Positions 25,206 to 34,288 of a DNA stretch of 60,740 nucleotides are shown in pieces. The first letter of the stretch is position 1, and each line of letters begins with the position of its first letter. Made by a program: the position numbers and the translations under genes. The notes under the pieces are model-generated. The model saw only the letters and a program-made list of their open reading frames with translations. It was not told the DNA's origin and ran no database searches. Source of the stretch: a bacterium (GTDB taxonomy: Bacteria > Planctomycetota > UBA11346); the NCBI GenBank assembly GCA_020047915.1, contig JAIFND010000039.1:1-60740 (forward strand), given 5' to 3'.

Positions 25206-26596
25206 CAGGCCACCACCGCTTTCAGGCGCAGGGCCGGTCCGCCGTCCGTCACCTTGACCCACTCCTTGTAGCCCTTGCCGCACATGCCGAGGCTGGCCTC
25301 GACCACCTCGCGGCCGACGCCGCTGACCGACTGCAGCAGGCGCGGCACCGAGCCAGTGACGACAACCGGACTGAAGACCTTGCCGGTCAGGCGACCGTCG
25401 ATGATCTCCTCCGCCATCGCGCCTTCGAGCTGGATGCCCCAGCCCTTGGGGTCCTCCATGCCGTTGCTGGGATGGGTGAGGAAATAGCCGCGCCGCACCG
25501 CACCGATGAGCTGCTGCGTGGTCGCATCGCCCGGCCCGAAGAAGGTGTTGGTCATGCGCGTGTAGGGCTTGTGGTCGTAGCTTTCGCGCCGGCCGTTGGC
25601 GGTCTTGGCGACCTGCTGACCGCGACGGGCCAGTTCGGCCTGGCTGTGGCGGTCATTGAGCCCGGCGACCAGCACGCCCTTCTCGACAATACGCGTCGGA
25701 CTGGCGAGCACGCCTTCGTCGTCGAAGAAGTAGGACGCGGCCCAGCCGTTGCTGGGATCGTCGTACATATCGACCAGCGGCGAGGCCACCGGTTTGCCGA
25801 GGAACTCGGCGCCGCGCGCGCGGTCCTTGAGGAAGAGGTCCTGTTCGGTGCCATGGCCGAAGGCCTCGTGCGCGAAGATGCCGGCGAAGTGCCCGTCGAA
25901 CACGCACTCGTGCTCGCCGGGATCGGGGATGCGCGGGGCACCGAGGATGCGCGGACCGTCGCGCACCACCTCGGCCGCGACCGCTGCCGGATCGGCGAGG
26001 CGCTCCCAGCCGCCGATCGCCTCGCGGCCGTGGTGCAACTGCGCCTGCTGGGCGCCATCAGCGAAGATGCCGAGGCAGACCTGGCGCACGCGGTGCAGAC
26101 GCTGGTGCATCTGGCGGGTGCGATCGACGTACACGACCTCGGCGTGCACATCGCCGACCATGCCGACCGCCTCGCGGCAACGCGGACCAGCCAGCACGGC
26201 GGCGCGCAGGGCGCGGGCCGCCTCGATCTTGGTTGCGGCCGACAGGCTGCGTGGGTCGTGCTGCATCGGCTGCTCGAAACGGCGTTCGAGGCGGTCGAGC
26301 GATTCGATGCGACGCTCCCAGTCGACATGCGCATGGCGCACCCGGTCGGCCAGACGATGCGTCGCCTCGCGCACCGCTTCGGGACTGGGATCGTCGCTGC
26401 TGATCTCCAGGAAGCGGTCGCCGGTCCACGCCGAGAGGGTGAAACCGGCCTCGGGCGGCAGCGGCTGGCACGACACCGAGGCGCTGTCGACGCGCACCTG
26501 GGTGCCGGCGTTGCGCCGCGCGTAGGCGCTGGCGTTGGGCGCCAGGCGTTCGAGCGTCGCGACGGCGGTGGCGAGGGCGGGGATGAGGCTGTCCAC
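25205..26596 (-). CDS. tldD: Metalloprotease TldD.
   Basis: HEAFGHGTEQD zinc motif and the TldD family pattern throughout. GTG start at 26594-26596. Confidence 0.88.
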   Translation of the reverse strand: MDSLIPALATAVATLERLAPNASAYARRNAGTQVRVDSASVSCQPLPPEAGFTLSAWTGDRFLEISSDDPSPEAVREATHRLADRVRHAHVDWERRIESLDRLERRFEQPMQHDPRSLSAATKIEAARALRAAVLAGPRCREAVGMVGDVHAEVVYVDRTRQMHQRLHRVRQVCLGIFADGAQQAQLHHGREAIGGWERLADPAAVAAEVVRDGPRILGAPRIPDPGEHECVFDGHFAGIFAHEAFGHGTEQDLFLKDRARGAEFLGKPVASPLVDMYDDPSNGWAASYFFDDEGVLASPTRIVEKGVLVAGLNDRHSQAELARRGQQVAKTANGRRESYDHKPYTRMTNTFFGPGDATTQQLIGAVRRGYFLTHPSNGMEDPKGWGIQLEGAMAEEIIDGRLTGKVFSPVVVTGSVPRLLQSVSGVGREVVEASLGMCGKGYKEWVKVTDGGPALRLKAVVA

Positions 26597-26611
26597 GGTG
26601 GATCCTTGGGC

Positions 26612-29600
26612 TCAGCGCGCGGCGGTGACCGGCAGGGTGCCGCCGAGCAGGGCTGGGACGGCATCATCCGGAGTGAGCGGCAGGTCGTGGCGATGCAGCA
26701 CGACGTCGGTGGCGCCGTCGGCCCAGCGCAGGCGCAGGCGGTTCTCGCCAGCCTTCAGCAGCCAGGCAGGCAGTTCGGCGCTGGCCGATGCAGGGAAGCG
26801 CACCACATCGCGCTGCCCGTCGGCATTCTCGACGATGACATAGGTGAGACCGACCGATTCGATGTGCGCCGTGCGACCGACCTCGGCCACCAGGCGGGCG
26901 CCAGGCGTGCGTGCCGGCATGGCGATCTCACCCTGCCAGGCGAGGGGCCGGTCGTCGGCGGCGATGGCAGGATTGGAGGCCAGGCGCAGGCTGTAGGTGA
27001 CGCCGGGACGGAAGTCGCCGACCAGGCGCACGCGGCCATCACTGATGCTGGTCTGCAACGGCACGCTGGGCGTGATCGCGATCTCGCCCAGCAGAGCAGC
27101 GGGATTCAACGGCACGCGGTTGAGTTGCAGTTCGATGATGCCAGGGCCGAAGGCGGGCAGACTGGCACTGGGCGCCGAGACCGCCACTGCCGGCAGCGTG
27201 CGCACGGTGAAGCTCGGCACGCGCTCGCGCGCGAAGCGGAAGCCGCCCAGGGCGCGCAACTCGTCGCTGAACGCCAGGCTGACGGTGGCGTCGGCAGGCA
27301 GTTCGCCAGCCGGCGTGAACACGCAGGTGCGGGCATCCTGCCAGGCGCAGGTGCCGGCCCCGGCCGGCGTGACGACGGGCAACGGCGCGGCTGTCCGCGT
27401 CGCCTCGTCGAGCGGCAGATTGAGCGTCCACGCCACGCTCTGGCTGCGCGACACGATCGCTCCATCGCTCGGACCGCTGGCTGCCAGCACATCCCTCGGC
27501 TGATCCATCCACGCCACGAGCACGCCGACGGCCAGCACCAGGAGTGCGAGCATCGCTGCGGTCGGAAGGTGGCGGGGGCGGGACATCGTGGCGGGCTTGG
27601 GCGGGGGTGAGGTCGGGGCGGGGGTGGGTGCGGTGTTGGCGGTCTCGGGCCGGATCGGCGGCGGATCCGGGTCAGGATCCGGTGGTGGCGATGGTGGCAC
27701 TTCCGCGACAGGTGCGGGCTCGGCGATCACCGGTGCGACCGGCTCGGGTTCCGGCGGCGGCACGACCGCCTGGACGGTCTCCACCACGGCTGACACGACG
27801 AGCTGTGGAGCTGGCGCCACGGTTTCCGGGACGACCAGCCTAGCGACCGGCTCGGGGGCCGGCTCCGGAGCACACACGACGGCGACTGGTTCCGGCTCTG
27901 GGGCGGGGGCAGGAGGAACCACGACCGGAGCAACGGTGAGGGGTTCCGGCTCGGGAACAGAAGCCATCGCTACCGGTTCCGGTTCCGGTTCCGGTTCCGG
28001 TTCCGGCGCAACGGCTACTGGTTCCGGTTCCGGCGCAACGGCGACTGGTTCCGGTTCCGGCGCGGGTTCGGGCTCGGGCACAACGGCGACTGGTTCCGGT
28101 TCTGGCGTAGCGACGACCGGCTCCGGTGCCGCCGCGATCGCGACCGGTTGGGCTTCGGGATCGCTTGGCGCAGCCCGGGCAACCGGGGCTTCCTCGGCCT
28201 GCGGCACAGGCTCGGGTGGTGCTTCCGGCGCTGCGATCGGTACGACCAGCGGCGCACCGGCCTCGGGCAGCGGCAGCACGATGGGTGCCCCCGGCAACGG
28301 GTCCGGGATCACGACGCCCAGCGGCACGACCTCGAAGCTGGGCGGGGTCGGCCCGTCGGCGGTCGGCTGCGGACCCTGCGGCGTCATCTGCGGAGCGCCG
28401 GCGGCGGGATCGGGGATCGGCGGCGGAGCCTCGATGGCGGGTTTGACAACCTCGGCCACCGGCCGGGGACGCGGCGGGGCTCGCTTCGGCTTGGGCGGCT
28501 CGTCGGGCTTGGCGACCACCTCCACCACCACAGGTGGCGGGGGTGGTGGTGGCGGGGCAGGCTTGACCACGCCCGGTGGCAACGGCTCGCCGGGATGCGT
28601 CTCCTCCCACCAGGCGATGAAGCCGAGTTCGAGATCGGAAGCGCGGCCGAGCAGGCGCTCGACCCCGATCTCGCTTTCGAGGTCGCGCAGGAAGCGCTGC
28701 TCCTCGTTCTCGACCGCCGGCTCGGCCTCGTCGCCGGTCTTCTCGTCCTCGATCTCGGCGGCGCTGCCGCCGCGCGGTTGCCAGGTGACCAGGGGCGGCC
28801 GGCGCTGGCGCTTGGGCAGCTGCTCGGCCGGGCCGGGGTCGCCACCCGCGATGGCGCGCTCGTCCTCGGGCCGGAAGCGCAGGTGGACGTCGCCGTACTG
28901 CTCTTCCTGGCGCACCGTCAGCATGCGCTGACGCGTGCCTTCGAGGATCGCCATGACGATGCCGACCCGGGCGATCAGGCCGTCATCCAGGGCGAAGAGC
29001 TCGGACATGCGACCTTCGCCACGGCTGCGCATCGATTCGACGACCTGGGCGATGCGCACGCCCATCGGCACATCATCGACGATGACGGTGCGCGGGCCGA
29101 GACTGTCGATGCGCTTGAGCAGATCGAACCACAGGTTGGCCAGCGTCCCGGCCCCGACGTCCTTCAGCTCCCAGGCATCGACCTCGGCCGGATCGTCGGG
29201 CACCACCTCGCGATGACCTCGTTCGTGACGCAGGCGGCGCTCGTCGTCGCGGCGGTCGAGATCGAAGGCCGCCTCCTTGGCGGCGCGATAGACCAGCAGC
29301 TTGCGGATCAGGCCGGCGCGCGGGTCGAACTCGTCCTCGCCGTCGTCCTCGACCTCGGTGCCCTCGGGCGGCGGGGCGACCTGGCGCGCCTTGATCTCCA
29401 GCAGGGTCGCGGCCATGACCACGAAGTCGCCGGCGGCTTCGAGGTCGAGGGTGGTGCCGGCCGCCGCCGCGACCCAGGTCGCGAACTGGTCGGCGATGGT
29501 GGTGATCGGCAGATCTTTGATGTCCACCTCGGTGCGGCGCACCAGGTAGAGCAGCAGATCCATCGGGCCGCTGAACTGGTCGAGGGCGACGGTGATTCCG

Positions 29601-29677
29601 ACATCCCCGGCCGGCGTCGACTCGTCGGTCGGCGGCGGGGCGGGCGGCGCAGCAGTGCCGTCAGGGCCCTCGGGCAT
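26612..29677 (-). CDS. scpA: ScpA-like kleisin N-terminal region continuing in frame into a ~390-aa Pro/Glu/Val-rich low-complexity linker, one TM helix and an extracytoplasmic Ig-like C-terminal region.
   Basis: LDQFSGPMDLLLYLVRRTEVDIKDLPITTIADQF...ATLLEIKAR is ScpA. Followed by (PEPEPVAVA)n, then TM AAMLALLVLAVGVLVAW, then PSDGAIVSRSQSVAWTLNLPLD. No stop codon over 1021 codons. Confidence 0.6.
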   Translation of the reverse strand: MPEGPDGTAAPPAPPPTDESTPAGDVGITVALDQFSGPMDLLLYLVRRTEVDIKDLPITTIADQFATWVAAAAGTTLDLEAAGDFVVMAATLLEIKARQVAPPPEGTEVEDDGEDEFDPRAGLIRKLLVYRAAKEAAFDLDRRDDERRLRHERGHREVVPDDPAEVDAWELKDVGAGTLANLWFDLLKRIDSLGPRTVIVDDVPMGVRIAQVVESMRSRGEGRMSELFALDDGLIARVGIVMAILEGTRQRMLTVRQEEQYGDVHLRFRPEDERAIAGGDPGPAEQLPKRQRRPPLVTWQPRGGSAAEIEDEKTGDEAEPAVENEEQRFLRDLESEIGVERLLGRASDLELGFIAWWEETHPGEPLPPGVVKPAPPPPPPPPVVVEVVAKPDEPPKPKRAPPRPRPVAEVVKPAIEAPPPIPDPAAGAPQMTPQGPQPTADGPTPPSFEVVPLGVVIPDPLPGAPIVLPLPEAGAPLVVPIAAPEAPPEPVPQAEEAPVARAAPSDPEAQPVAIAAAPEPVVATPEPEPVAVVPEPEPAPEPEPVAVAPEPEPVAVAPEPEPEPEPEPVAMASVPEPEPLTVAPVVVPPAPAPEPEPVAVVCAPEPAPEPVARLVVPETVAPAPQLVVSAVVETVQAVVPPPEPEPVAPVIAEPAPVAEVPPSPPPDPDPDPPPIRPETANTAPTPAPTSPPPKPATMSRPRHLPTAAMLALLVLAVGVLVAWMDQPRDVLAASGPSDGAIVSRSQSVAWTLNLPLDEATRTAAPLPVVTPAGAGTCAWQDARTCVFTPAGELPADATVSLAFSDELRALGGFRFARERVPSFTVRTLPAVAVSAPSASLPAFGPGIIELQLNRVPLNPAALLGEIAITPSVPLQTSISDGRVRLVGDFRPGVTYSLRLASNPAIAADDRPLAWQGEIAMPARTPGARLVAEVGRTAHIESVGLTYVIVENADGQRDVVRFPASASAELPAWLLKAGENRLRLRWADGATDVVLHRHDLPLTPDDAVPALLGGTLPVTAAR
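27975..28112. repeat. Hexanucleotide microsatellite (GGTTCC)x5 followed by about three copies of a 27-nt unit; encodes the (PE)n / PEPEPVAVA repeats of the ScpA-linker.
   Basis: ggttccggttccggttccggttccggttccggcgcaacggctactggttccggttccggcgcaacggcgactggttccggttccggc... Confidence 0.85.
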
Positions 29678-29723
29678 GGCGGGATGCTAGGAGCGTCGGA
29701 GCGGGGGGGAAGGCCCCCGACCT

Positions 29724-30989
29724 CTATTCTTCGCCAGCGTCGTAGCCCCGGGCGGGATAGGCGCGGGGGTCCTCGAACACCGCCCGGCCGGAATCCCCGG
29801 CCATGGGCATGGCGCGGTCACCAAAGGCTCGGCCGGAGTCGTCATACAGGAACCGGCCCAGGGCGCCCTTGAAGTCCTTCCACTCCTTGCCGGCATAGGA
29901 GATGAAGCGGCGCATCGAGGCCTGCAGTTCGGCAGCGTCCTCGCGCGGGTTCTCAATCAGGGCGATGCGCAGGTCCTCGCGCAGCAGGATGCCGAGACCG
30001 ATGTTGGAACGCCACCAGCGACGCACATCGGCACCCAGCGGTCCGCACTCGCGTTCATAGACGATGAAGAAGCGGTCGACGTCGGCGATCAAGGCCGGCA
30101 GCAGGTCGATCTGGTGGTTGGCGAAGCGGCCCAGGTCGTCGATCAGTTTCAGCGTATCCTCGTGGATCCCCTCGCCGAAGCGCACGATCTCGTTGCCCAA
30201 CGCGGTAAGCTCCTGGGGCGGCAGTTGGGCCCAGCGGTAGACATCGGCGATCAGGCGCGGTGGCATGGCGCCGGCCTCATAGGCCCACCACTGCTTGAGG
30301 TCGGCCACCAGGTAGTTCGCTTCGAGGGCGCGGGCGGCTCGGAAGCGACGCAGGTCCTCGCGCATGCGTTGACCCTGAACGCGCTCGATCGACATGAAGT
30401 TGTCCGTACTCGACACCAGGCGGCGCCATTCGCGTTCGCGCCATTGCAGGAAGGTGAGCAGGTCGACCTGCAGGTTGCCCGCCTCCCAGCCGAGGCGCTC
30501 GTAGGCCTCGCGCAGTTCGCGGCGCAACGGCAGCCATTCGCGGTCCTGCCATTCGACGAACATCGCGACGTCGCGGACCAGGCCGGCCCATTCGAATTCG
30601 GCATGCTCGAAGAAGAGCACGATGTCCTTGGTCAGCTTCGGGAAGTTGCGGATCTCGTAGCCGTAGAAACGCGCCGCATCGAGAGTCAGCTGCTCGATGG
30701 TGCCCCATTCGTAGGCGATCAGCACCGCCAGGTCGTCGCGCAGCCGCCACCATTCGCGATGCCGCCAGGCGAAGAAGGCGGCAGCATCGTGCGGCATCTC
30801 ACTGGCGACACCCAGCTCAGCGCGGCCGTAACGGGCCAGATCACGCGTGATCTGCTCGACCTCGGCCCCGCGCGCCTGGCGGAAGCGGCGCAGGTCGTCG
30901 CGCACCTCGTTGCGTTCCGCCTGGCTGCCGCATCCGCTGAGGATGAGCAGCGCCAAACAGGCGAGCAGGCACGCGAGAACACGAGGCAT
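29724..30989 (-). CDS. Hypothetical lipoprotein made of at least 7 copies of a ~35-40 aa Trp/Arg-rich helical repeat.
   Basis: Lipobox LILSGC. Recurring F-x-x-W-x-x-R-E-W-x-x-L-x-x-D pattern (FFAWRHREWWRLRDDL, FVEWQDREWLPLRREL, FLQWREREWRRLVSS ...). Confidence 0.6.
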   Translation of the reverse strand: MPRVLACLLACLALLILSGCGSQAERNEVRDDLRRFRQARGAEVEQITRDLARYGRAELGVASEMPHDAAAFFAWRHREWWRLRDDLAVLIAYEWGTIEQLTLDAARFYGYEIRNFPKLTKDIVLFFEHAEFEWAGLVRDVAMFVEWQDREWLPLRRELREAYERLGWEAGNLQVDLLTFLQWREREWRRLVSSTDNFMSIERVQGQRMREDLRRFRAARALEANYLVADLKQWWAYEAGAMPPRLIADVYRWAQLPPQELTALGNEIVRFGEGIHEDTLKLIDDLGRFANHQIDLLPALIADVDRFFIVYERECGPLGADVRRWWRSNIGLGILLREDLRIALIENPREDAAELQASMRRFISYAGKEWKDFKGALGRFLYDDSGRAFGDRAMPMAGDSGRAVFEDPRAYPARGYDAGEE

Positions 30990-31222
30990 GCTGGCATGTT
31001 CAGCGTCCATCGCCCCGGACCAAGCTGGCGGATTGCCCGTTCCATCCCGTGTGTGAAAGACGACGGGGATGGTGATGGTTGCGTATCCGTTCCAACCACT
31101 ATCGTCCGCCCCCGCACAGCTGGACCCCGGGAGCAGGAAGCCTCCGAATCTGGTCAGGCCTTGACGGGAGCAGCCATAAGGTGGCGGCCAGCGTCCCGGG
31201 TCATCTGGCTGTGCATTTCTCC

Positions 31223-31255
31223 GACCTGGCCCGCCGCATTGCGGCGGGCCAGGTC
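31223..31255 (+). promoter_or_regulatory. Perfect 15-bp GC hairpin with a 3-nt loop, followed by ATTT, 15 nt before the glycerate kinase start codon.
   Basis: gacctggcccgccgc-att-gcggcgggccaggtc-atttcc. Confidence 0.45.
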
Positions 31256-31270
31256 ATTTCCGGACCACGC

Positions 31271-32578
31271 ATGACCGATCCGCTCGTTGCGATGCTCCAT
31301 GCCGCGCTGGGGGCAGTCGAGCCCGGCAACGCGGTGCGGCGGCACCTGCGCCGGGATGGTGGACGCCTGGTCCTCAGCGACGGCCGCTCGCTGCCGCTTG
31401 GACGGCGCACCGTCGTGGTCGGCGCCGGTAAGGCCTCGGCACCGATGGCCGCCGCCCTCGAGGACCTGCTTGGCCAGGACCTGGATGCTGGCGTCGTGGT
31501 GGTGAAACATGGGCATACCTGTCCATTGCAGAAGATCCGGCTGATCGAAGCCGGGCATCCGGTGCCCGACGACCAGGGGCTGGCCGGGGCCACAGCCCTG
31601 ATGCAGGCGGTGAGCGGACTCACGTCCGATGACCTGGTGATCTGCGCCCTGTCGGGCGGGGCCAGCGCCCTGCTGCCGGCTCCGGTCGCCGGACTGGATC
31701 TCGCGGACAAGCAGGCCGTCACCCGGTTGCTGCTCGCCAGCGGTGCCGACATCCAGGCGGTGAACACCGTGCGCAAGCATCTCTCGCGCCTCAAGGGTGG
31801 CCGTCTGGCGGTGCAGGCCGCCCCGGCTCCGCTCCTGACCCTCGCCATCTCGGACGTGATCGGTGATGATTGGGGGACGATCGGCAGCGGTCCGACCGTA
31901 GCGGATCCGACCACCCTGGGCGAGGCGCAAGCGGTCTGCCGCGCCGCCGGCATCTGGGACGCCCTGCCGCCAGCCGCCCGCACGGCGCTGTGCGATCCCC
32001 GGCATGAGTCGCCCAAGTCCGATCACGCCTGCTTCACCACCGCCAGCTGTCTGCTGGTCGCGAGCAACGCCCTGGCCCTGTCCGCGATCGCGGCCGCCTG
32101 TCCGGATTACGGTTTCCGGGCCCAGCTCGATCCCGCCGTTCTGCACGGCGAGGCCGCCGAGGCTGCCCTCCGCTTCGTCGCCCAGGCGGCGGAACTCGCC
32201 CGGGCCGGCCGGGCGACAGCCCTGATCGCAGGCGGCGAGACCACGGTCACGCTGGGCGCGCACCCCGGCCTGGGTGGTCGCAACCAGGAGTTCGCCCTCG
32301 CCGCCGCCCTCGCGCTCGAGCGCCTGGACCCGAGCCTGTCCCGCCGCATCCGCATCCTGGCGGCCGGCACCGACGGTAATGACGGCCCGACCGATGCGGC
32401 CGGTGGCCTGGTCGAGGCCACTACGGCCGCCCGCATGCGCCAGGCCGGGCGCGACCCGCAGCGCGACCTGCTGTCCCATGACGCCTACCCATGCCTGGCC
32501 GCAGCCGGGGCCCTGCTGCGCACTGGGCCGACCTGCACCAACGTCATGGACGTCGCGATCGCGCTGATCGCGGCGTGA
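31271..32578 (+). CDS. Glycerate 2-kinase / hydroxypyruvate reductase family (DUF4147 plus MOFRL).
   Basis: VVGAGKASAPMAAALE, SGGASALL, IAGGETTVTL, AAGTDGNDGPTDAAG, GPTCTNVMDV. Confidence 0.85.
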   Translation: MTDPLVAMLHAALGAVEPGNAVRRHLRRDGGRLVLSDGRSLPLGRRTVVVGAGKASAPMAAALEDLLGQDLDAGVVVVKHGHTCPLQKIRLIEAGHPVPDDQGLAGATALMQAVSGLTSDDLVICALSGGASALLPAPVAGLDLADKQAVTRLLLASGADIQAVNTVRKHLSRLKGGRLAVQAAPAPLLTLAISDVIGDDWGTIGSGPTVADPTTLGEAQAVCRAAGIWDALPPAARTALCDPRHESPKSDHACFTTASCLLVASNALALSAIAAACPDYGFRAQLDPAVLHGEAAEAALRFVAQAAELARAGRATALIAGGETTVTLGAHPGLGGRNQEFALAAALALERLDPSLSRRIRILAAGTDGNDGPTDAAGGLVEATTAARMRQAGRDPQRDLLSHDAYPCLAAAGALLRTGPTCTNVMDVAIALIAA

Positions 32579-32619
32579 CTGCCGCCGCCGCCACATAGCC
32601 TGCGCCCAACGAGGGAACG

Positions 32620-32967
32620 ATGCTGCGAGAAATGCTGATCGGCAAACTGCACCGGGGTTCGGTCACCGAGTGCCGCATCGACTACGAAGGCAGCCTAACG
32701 GTCGACCAGGATCTCATCGACGCCGCCGGCATGCTGCTGCACCAGAAGGTCCAGGTGCTGGACATCGACAACGGCGCCCGCATCGAGACCTACCTAATCG
32801 CCGGCGAGCGCGGCAGCCGCCACATCATGGTCAACGGCGCCGCCGCCCGCCTGTTCCACAAGGGCGACCGCGTCATCGTCTGCGCCTACGGCATCTGCGA
32901 CGAGACCGAGGCCCGCACCCTGGTCCCCAAAGTCGTCCTCCTCGACGCGGCCAACAACCAGATCTGA
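32620..32967 (+). CDS. panD: Aspartate 1-decarboxylase PanD.
   Basis: MLREMLIGKLHRGSVTECRIDYEGSLTVD (self-cleavage G-S), then NGARIETYLI...VNGAAAR. Confidence 0.92.
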   Translation: MLREMLIGKLHRGSVTECRIDYEGSLTVDQDLIDAAGMLLHQKVQVLDIDNGARIETYLIAGERGSRHIMVNGAAARLFHKGDRVIVCAYGICDETEARTLVPKVVLLDAANNQI

Positions 32968-32974
32968 CCCGTCA

Positions 32975-33006
32975 TCGTCGATCACGGGCGAGACGCCCGT
33001 GCCACA
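32975..33006. repeat. Second copy of the 32-nt hairpin element (cacgggcg-aga-cgcccgtg core).
   Basis: Identical to 19407-19438. Confidence 0.8.
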
Positions 33007-33020
33007 TGCGCCGTAACGCA

Positions 33021-33046
33021 AAGACCCCGGTATCCACCGGGGTCTT
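33021..33046 (+). terminator. Rho-independent terminator of panD.
   Basis: aagaccccgg-tatcca-ccggggtctt followed by gtctttcc. Confidence 0.6.
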
Positions 33047-33062
33047 GTCTTTCCTATAAGGT

Positions 33063-33394
33063 CCAGCGCGCCAGCGCTGGCGGCCGCCAGGGGCGCGGGC
33101 GGCATACAATCGGCGCAGCCGATGCCGCCCTGGTTTCCGAGCGCAGCGAGGAAACCAAGCCCCGCCCGTGGCCGAGGGGCAGGCCCCCGGTCGTCCGGGG
33201 GCCGTGGGGACGCAGTCCCCAAGCAGAAAAACCAGCGCGCCAGCGCTGGCGGCCGCCAGGGGCGCGGGGCGGATACAATGGGCGCTAGCCCATCCGCCCC
33301 TGGTTTCCGAGCGCAGCGAGGAAACCAAGCCCCGCCCGCGGCCGAGGGGCAGGCCCCCGGTCGTCCGGGGGCCGTGGGGACGCAGTCCCCAAGC
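33063..33394. repeat. Two tandem copies (33063-33224 and 33232-33394) of a ~162-nt multi-hairpin unit in the convergent panD / outer-membrane-protein gap.
   Basis: The units are near-identical except in one hairpin (33097-33130 versus 33266-33300), where both stems change in a compensatory way. Other hairpins are tggtttcc-N12-ggaaacca, ggcccccgg-tcgt-ccgggggcc and tgggga-cgcag-tcccca. Confidence 0.85.
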
Positions 33395-34288
33395 TTACTG
33401 CGGCTTGTAGTCGAGTCCCACCGAAATCACGAAGTCCCCACCATCCTGGCCGCCATTGCGGAAGTTGTTACGGATTTCCTGCGACAACCAGAACGACGCC
33501 TCGGTCTCGACGAAGGCGTACACGTCCTGCACAAACACCGGGGTGGTGATGCGAGCGCCGGCGGCCAGGGTGGTGAGACCCGTGCTGTCCTTGCCGCCGA
33601 TCGTGTTGCGGTATTCGCTGTCGGCGAAGTTCAGTTTCTGCCACAGGGCGATGTCGAGTGAGTTGTACTGGATGAACTCGCGGCCACCGATACCGCCGCG
33701 CGTGGCGCGCCACTCGCTGCTGATGTTCTGCTCGATGCCGGCGCCGACTTCGACGCCTTCGATCGGCAGGGCCAGCCAAGCATCAGCGCCAAACCAGCGC
33801 TGCTTGCCCTTCAGGTAGTTGCGGTAGCCAGGCACATCATACGAACGCTGGTGCGGATAGGTGATCCAGGTGAAGTGCGGAATGATCTGCAGCAGGGGGA
33901 TCGAGGTGTCGCGCGGGTCGCGGATCTCAAGGGCCCAGTCCAGCTTGAGTTCAGCACGCTGCCACTGGCCGGGGCTGGTGTGGGAGCCCGGACGGCTGAC
34001 GTCCGGAGCCTGGCCGAGCGACCAGTCGGTGTTCAGGGCGATGCCGAGGCCGTAGGCGCGGAACTGGCCGTCGAGGCCGAGGGCGGCATCGTCATGCACC
34101 ACGCGGTAGTCATCGGTGATCTTGCTCTGCAGCGACGCTTCGAGACCGACATAGTACTCGGGGGTGCTGCCGGGGGCGGCACCGAGCACCAGCGGAGCGA
34201 AGGCGAACTCGTGGTCCAGGGCAGCGGCGGAGCCGGCAGCGCAGAGGGCGAGGATCGCGGGGACGAGACGGGAGGCGGAGCGAGTCAT
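33395..34288 (-). CDS. Putative outer-membrane beta-barrel protein.
   Basis: Signal peptide MTRSASRLVPAILALCAAGSAAA. Alternating hydrophobic pattern and a C-terminal VISVGLDYKPQ. The start overlaps the gpsA stop (ATGA at 34285-34288). Confidence 0.55.
   Translation of the reverse strand: MTRSASRLVPAILALCAAGSAAALDHEFAFAPLVLGAAPGSTPEYYVGLEASLQSKITDDYRVVHDDAALGLDGQFRAYGLGIALNTDWSLGQAPDVSRPGSHTSPGQWQRAELKLDWALEIRDPRDTSIPLLQIIPHFTWITYPHQRSYDVPGYRNYLKGKQRWFGADAWLALPIEGVEVGAGIEQNISSEWRATRGGIGGREFIQYNSLDIALWQKLNFADSEYRNTIGGKDSTGLTTLAAGARITTPVFVQDVYAFVETEASFWLSQEIRNNFRNGGQDGGDFVISVGLDYKPQ

Noticed and set aside
29678-29723. Short hairpin ggggg-aagg-ccccc between the lipoprotein gene and scpA, and gcaggct-tc-agcctgc (59349-59364) after ligA, as terminators.
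   Set aside because: The stems are only 5-7 bp and have no following T tract on the relevant strand. This is too weak to call.
33122-33661. ORFs across the tandem 162-nt repeats (33122..33661 +, 32972..33328 -, 33168..33410 +).
   Set aside because: They are composed of repeat-derived Arg/Gly/Pro strings, duplicated exactly with the DNA repeat and overlapping hairpins. A non-coding interpretation is preferred.
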